From Eutreptiella sp. 'Long Island Sound 2002' (taxonomy: Eukaryota > Protista > Euglenida), in NCBI GenBank assembly GCA_964036045.1, contig OZ038378.1:180110001-180174000 (forward strand): a stretch of DNA of 64,000 bases, given 5' to 3'. The translations under genes were made by a program, and so were the position numbers. This document shows positions 63,001 to 64,000 of this stretch, in pieces. The notes under the pieces were generated by a model. That model did no database searches. It was given only the letters and a program-made list of their open reading frames with translations, and had not been told where the DNA came from. How positions within the stretch are numbered: position 1 is the first letter of the stretch; every line of letters starts with the position of its first letter.

Positions 63001-63357
63001 TTCCCTGCGGTTTTACCGCCGCTGTCGACGGAGTGCCCATTGCTGCCCGTGAATCCGACTGCCGTCGGTGACTGGCCACCCCGCAAGGCGGTGGGAGCTC
63101 GCTGTTCCCTCTGCAGAAAACGACGGTCTTGGCGCCGACCCTGTGCCCCCACTCCCCAAAAGTAGTTGTCGCGTGCCTTCTTTGCTGCGCACACGGGTCT
63201 TGGTTGACCACCCGAGCGCTGTCAGTGGTGGCGTCCTTCCAGGTGGTCTCCCCGTGCACTCTCTCACATTCCTGGGGCCCTCTGCTGGATCCTGTCGTGT
63301 CTCGACCTCATCTGGGTTTCATGGAAGCGTTGCCTCTCGGCCTGGCAAGTGTGATGG
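60071..63357 (+). CDS. Partly resolved multi-exon gene, unknown protein (possible beta-propeller segments)
   Basis: Candidate exons 60071-60272, 60333-60420, 61220-61307, 61921-, 62402-~62535 (ALACSPSDRHIYAGC), ~62986-63090, ~63243-63350, mostly with AG/GT edges. Confidence 0.45.
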
Positions 63358-63559
63358 TACCCGTACCCCCCTTCAGGATGACCATTCGGCCTCAACCCCT
63401 TTGTGACTGCCAGAGCGTGCCCCCTCAACTGCGTTTCCAACCACAAGTAACCGCTGTGGTTGCCATTTTTGAAACCCGCCCCCAGCCTCAGCTGCTGCCC
63501 CAAATCCTTCAGAGTGTGCGGGGAAGTTGCATTTTTCGGCCGCCTGTGGCTTCTTCCCT

Positions 63560-64000
63560 TTCTCTTCGAATGCCAAATAGTATCGTGAAGGTACATGGAG
63601 TTCCGGCAGTGCACAGGGCTATGACACATGTCATGGCGACCTGTGACAACCTGAGTCTTCGGTGGGATATCTGACCAAATTGTAGCCCAATTTGCAGGGT
63701 ATGTTGCATGTTCCCATTCCCATTGATCAAGTGTAGGTTTTCCAACCCTGATCTTCGTGACCGACAATTGTTCCCCATATCCCCTCTGATCTGCAGCTTC
63801 CTCTCTGTTGTTCACACCCATACACTCTTGGACACCCACATCAATCCACACACCCTGTTTTTGGAGCCACAAAACAAGATCGACTTCTCTGAGGTTCCCA
63901 AGGTCGAACCCGACTGGGGCCACTGGGGGCCCTACACAAAGCAGCCCGTGGGGTGTCTGCGCTCACCCACACGCAGTTGCCGCCATTATTCGCACTACAG
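63560..64000 (-). mobile_element. LINE ORF2 C-terminal-like fragment
   Basis: KPTLDQWEWEHATYPANWATIWSDIP is reminiscent of the pre-zf-RVT region. Confidence 0.35.

Overview
Eukaryotic, repeat-dense nuclear DNA, most likely from a euglenid. This is an inference from recall of Eutreptiella-type MITE/SINE sequences and TTAGGG-containing repeats, not from a database search. Host genes on the + strand: (1) an intronless secreted/membrane-anchored EEP (endonuclease/exonuclease/phosphatase) gene, 9164-10144; (2) a 3-exon pectin acetylesterase/Notum-family gene, 19454-25723; (3) a 15-exon, ~830-codon coiled-coil gene, 29900-52608, whose GT-AG junctions I chained with consistent phases; (4,5) two partly resolved genes at ~55.5-59.8 kb and ~60.1-63.4 kb. 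Everything else is nested mobile or repetitive DNA: CAG...CTG-ended MITEs with 8-bp or TA target duplications, degenerate LINE fragments (one with RNase H), a tRNA-derived SINE inserted at a TTAGGG motif of a 48-bp satellite, a ~180-bp A/B satellite, foldback arrays, pentamer microsatellites, and captured domain fragments (SH3BGR, SAM, Tudor-like, Ulp1-like). Most ORFs in the track are repeat artefacts. The most interesting lead is that hAT-type insertions here (CAG/CTG termini plus 8-bp TSD) have the geometry that would produce euglenid nonconventional introns.
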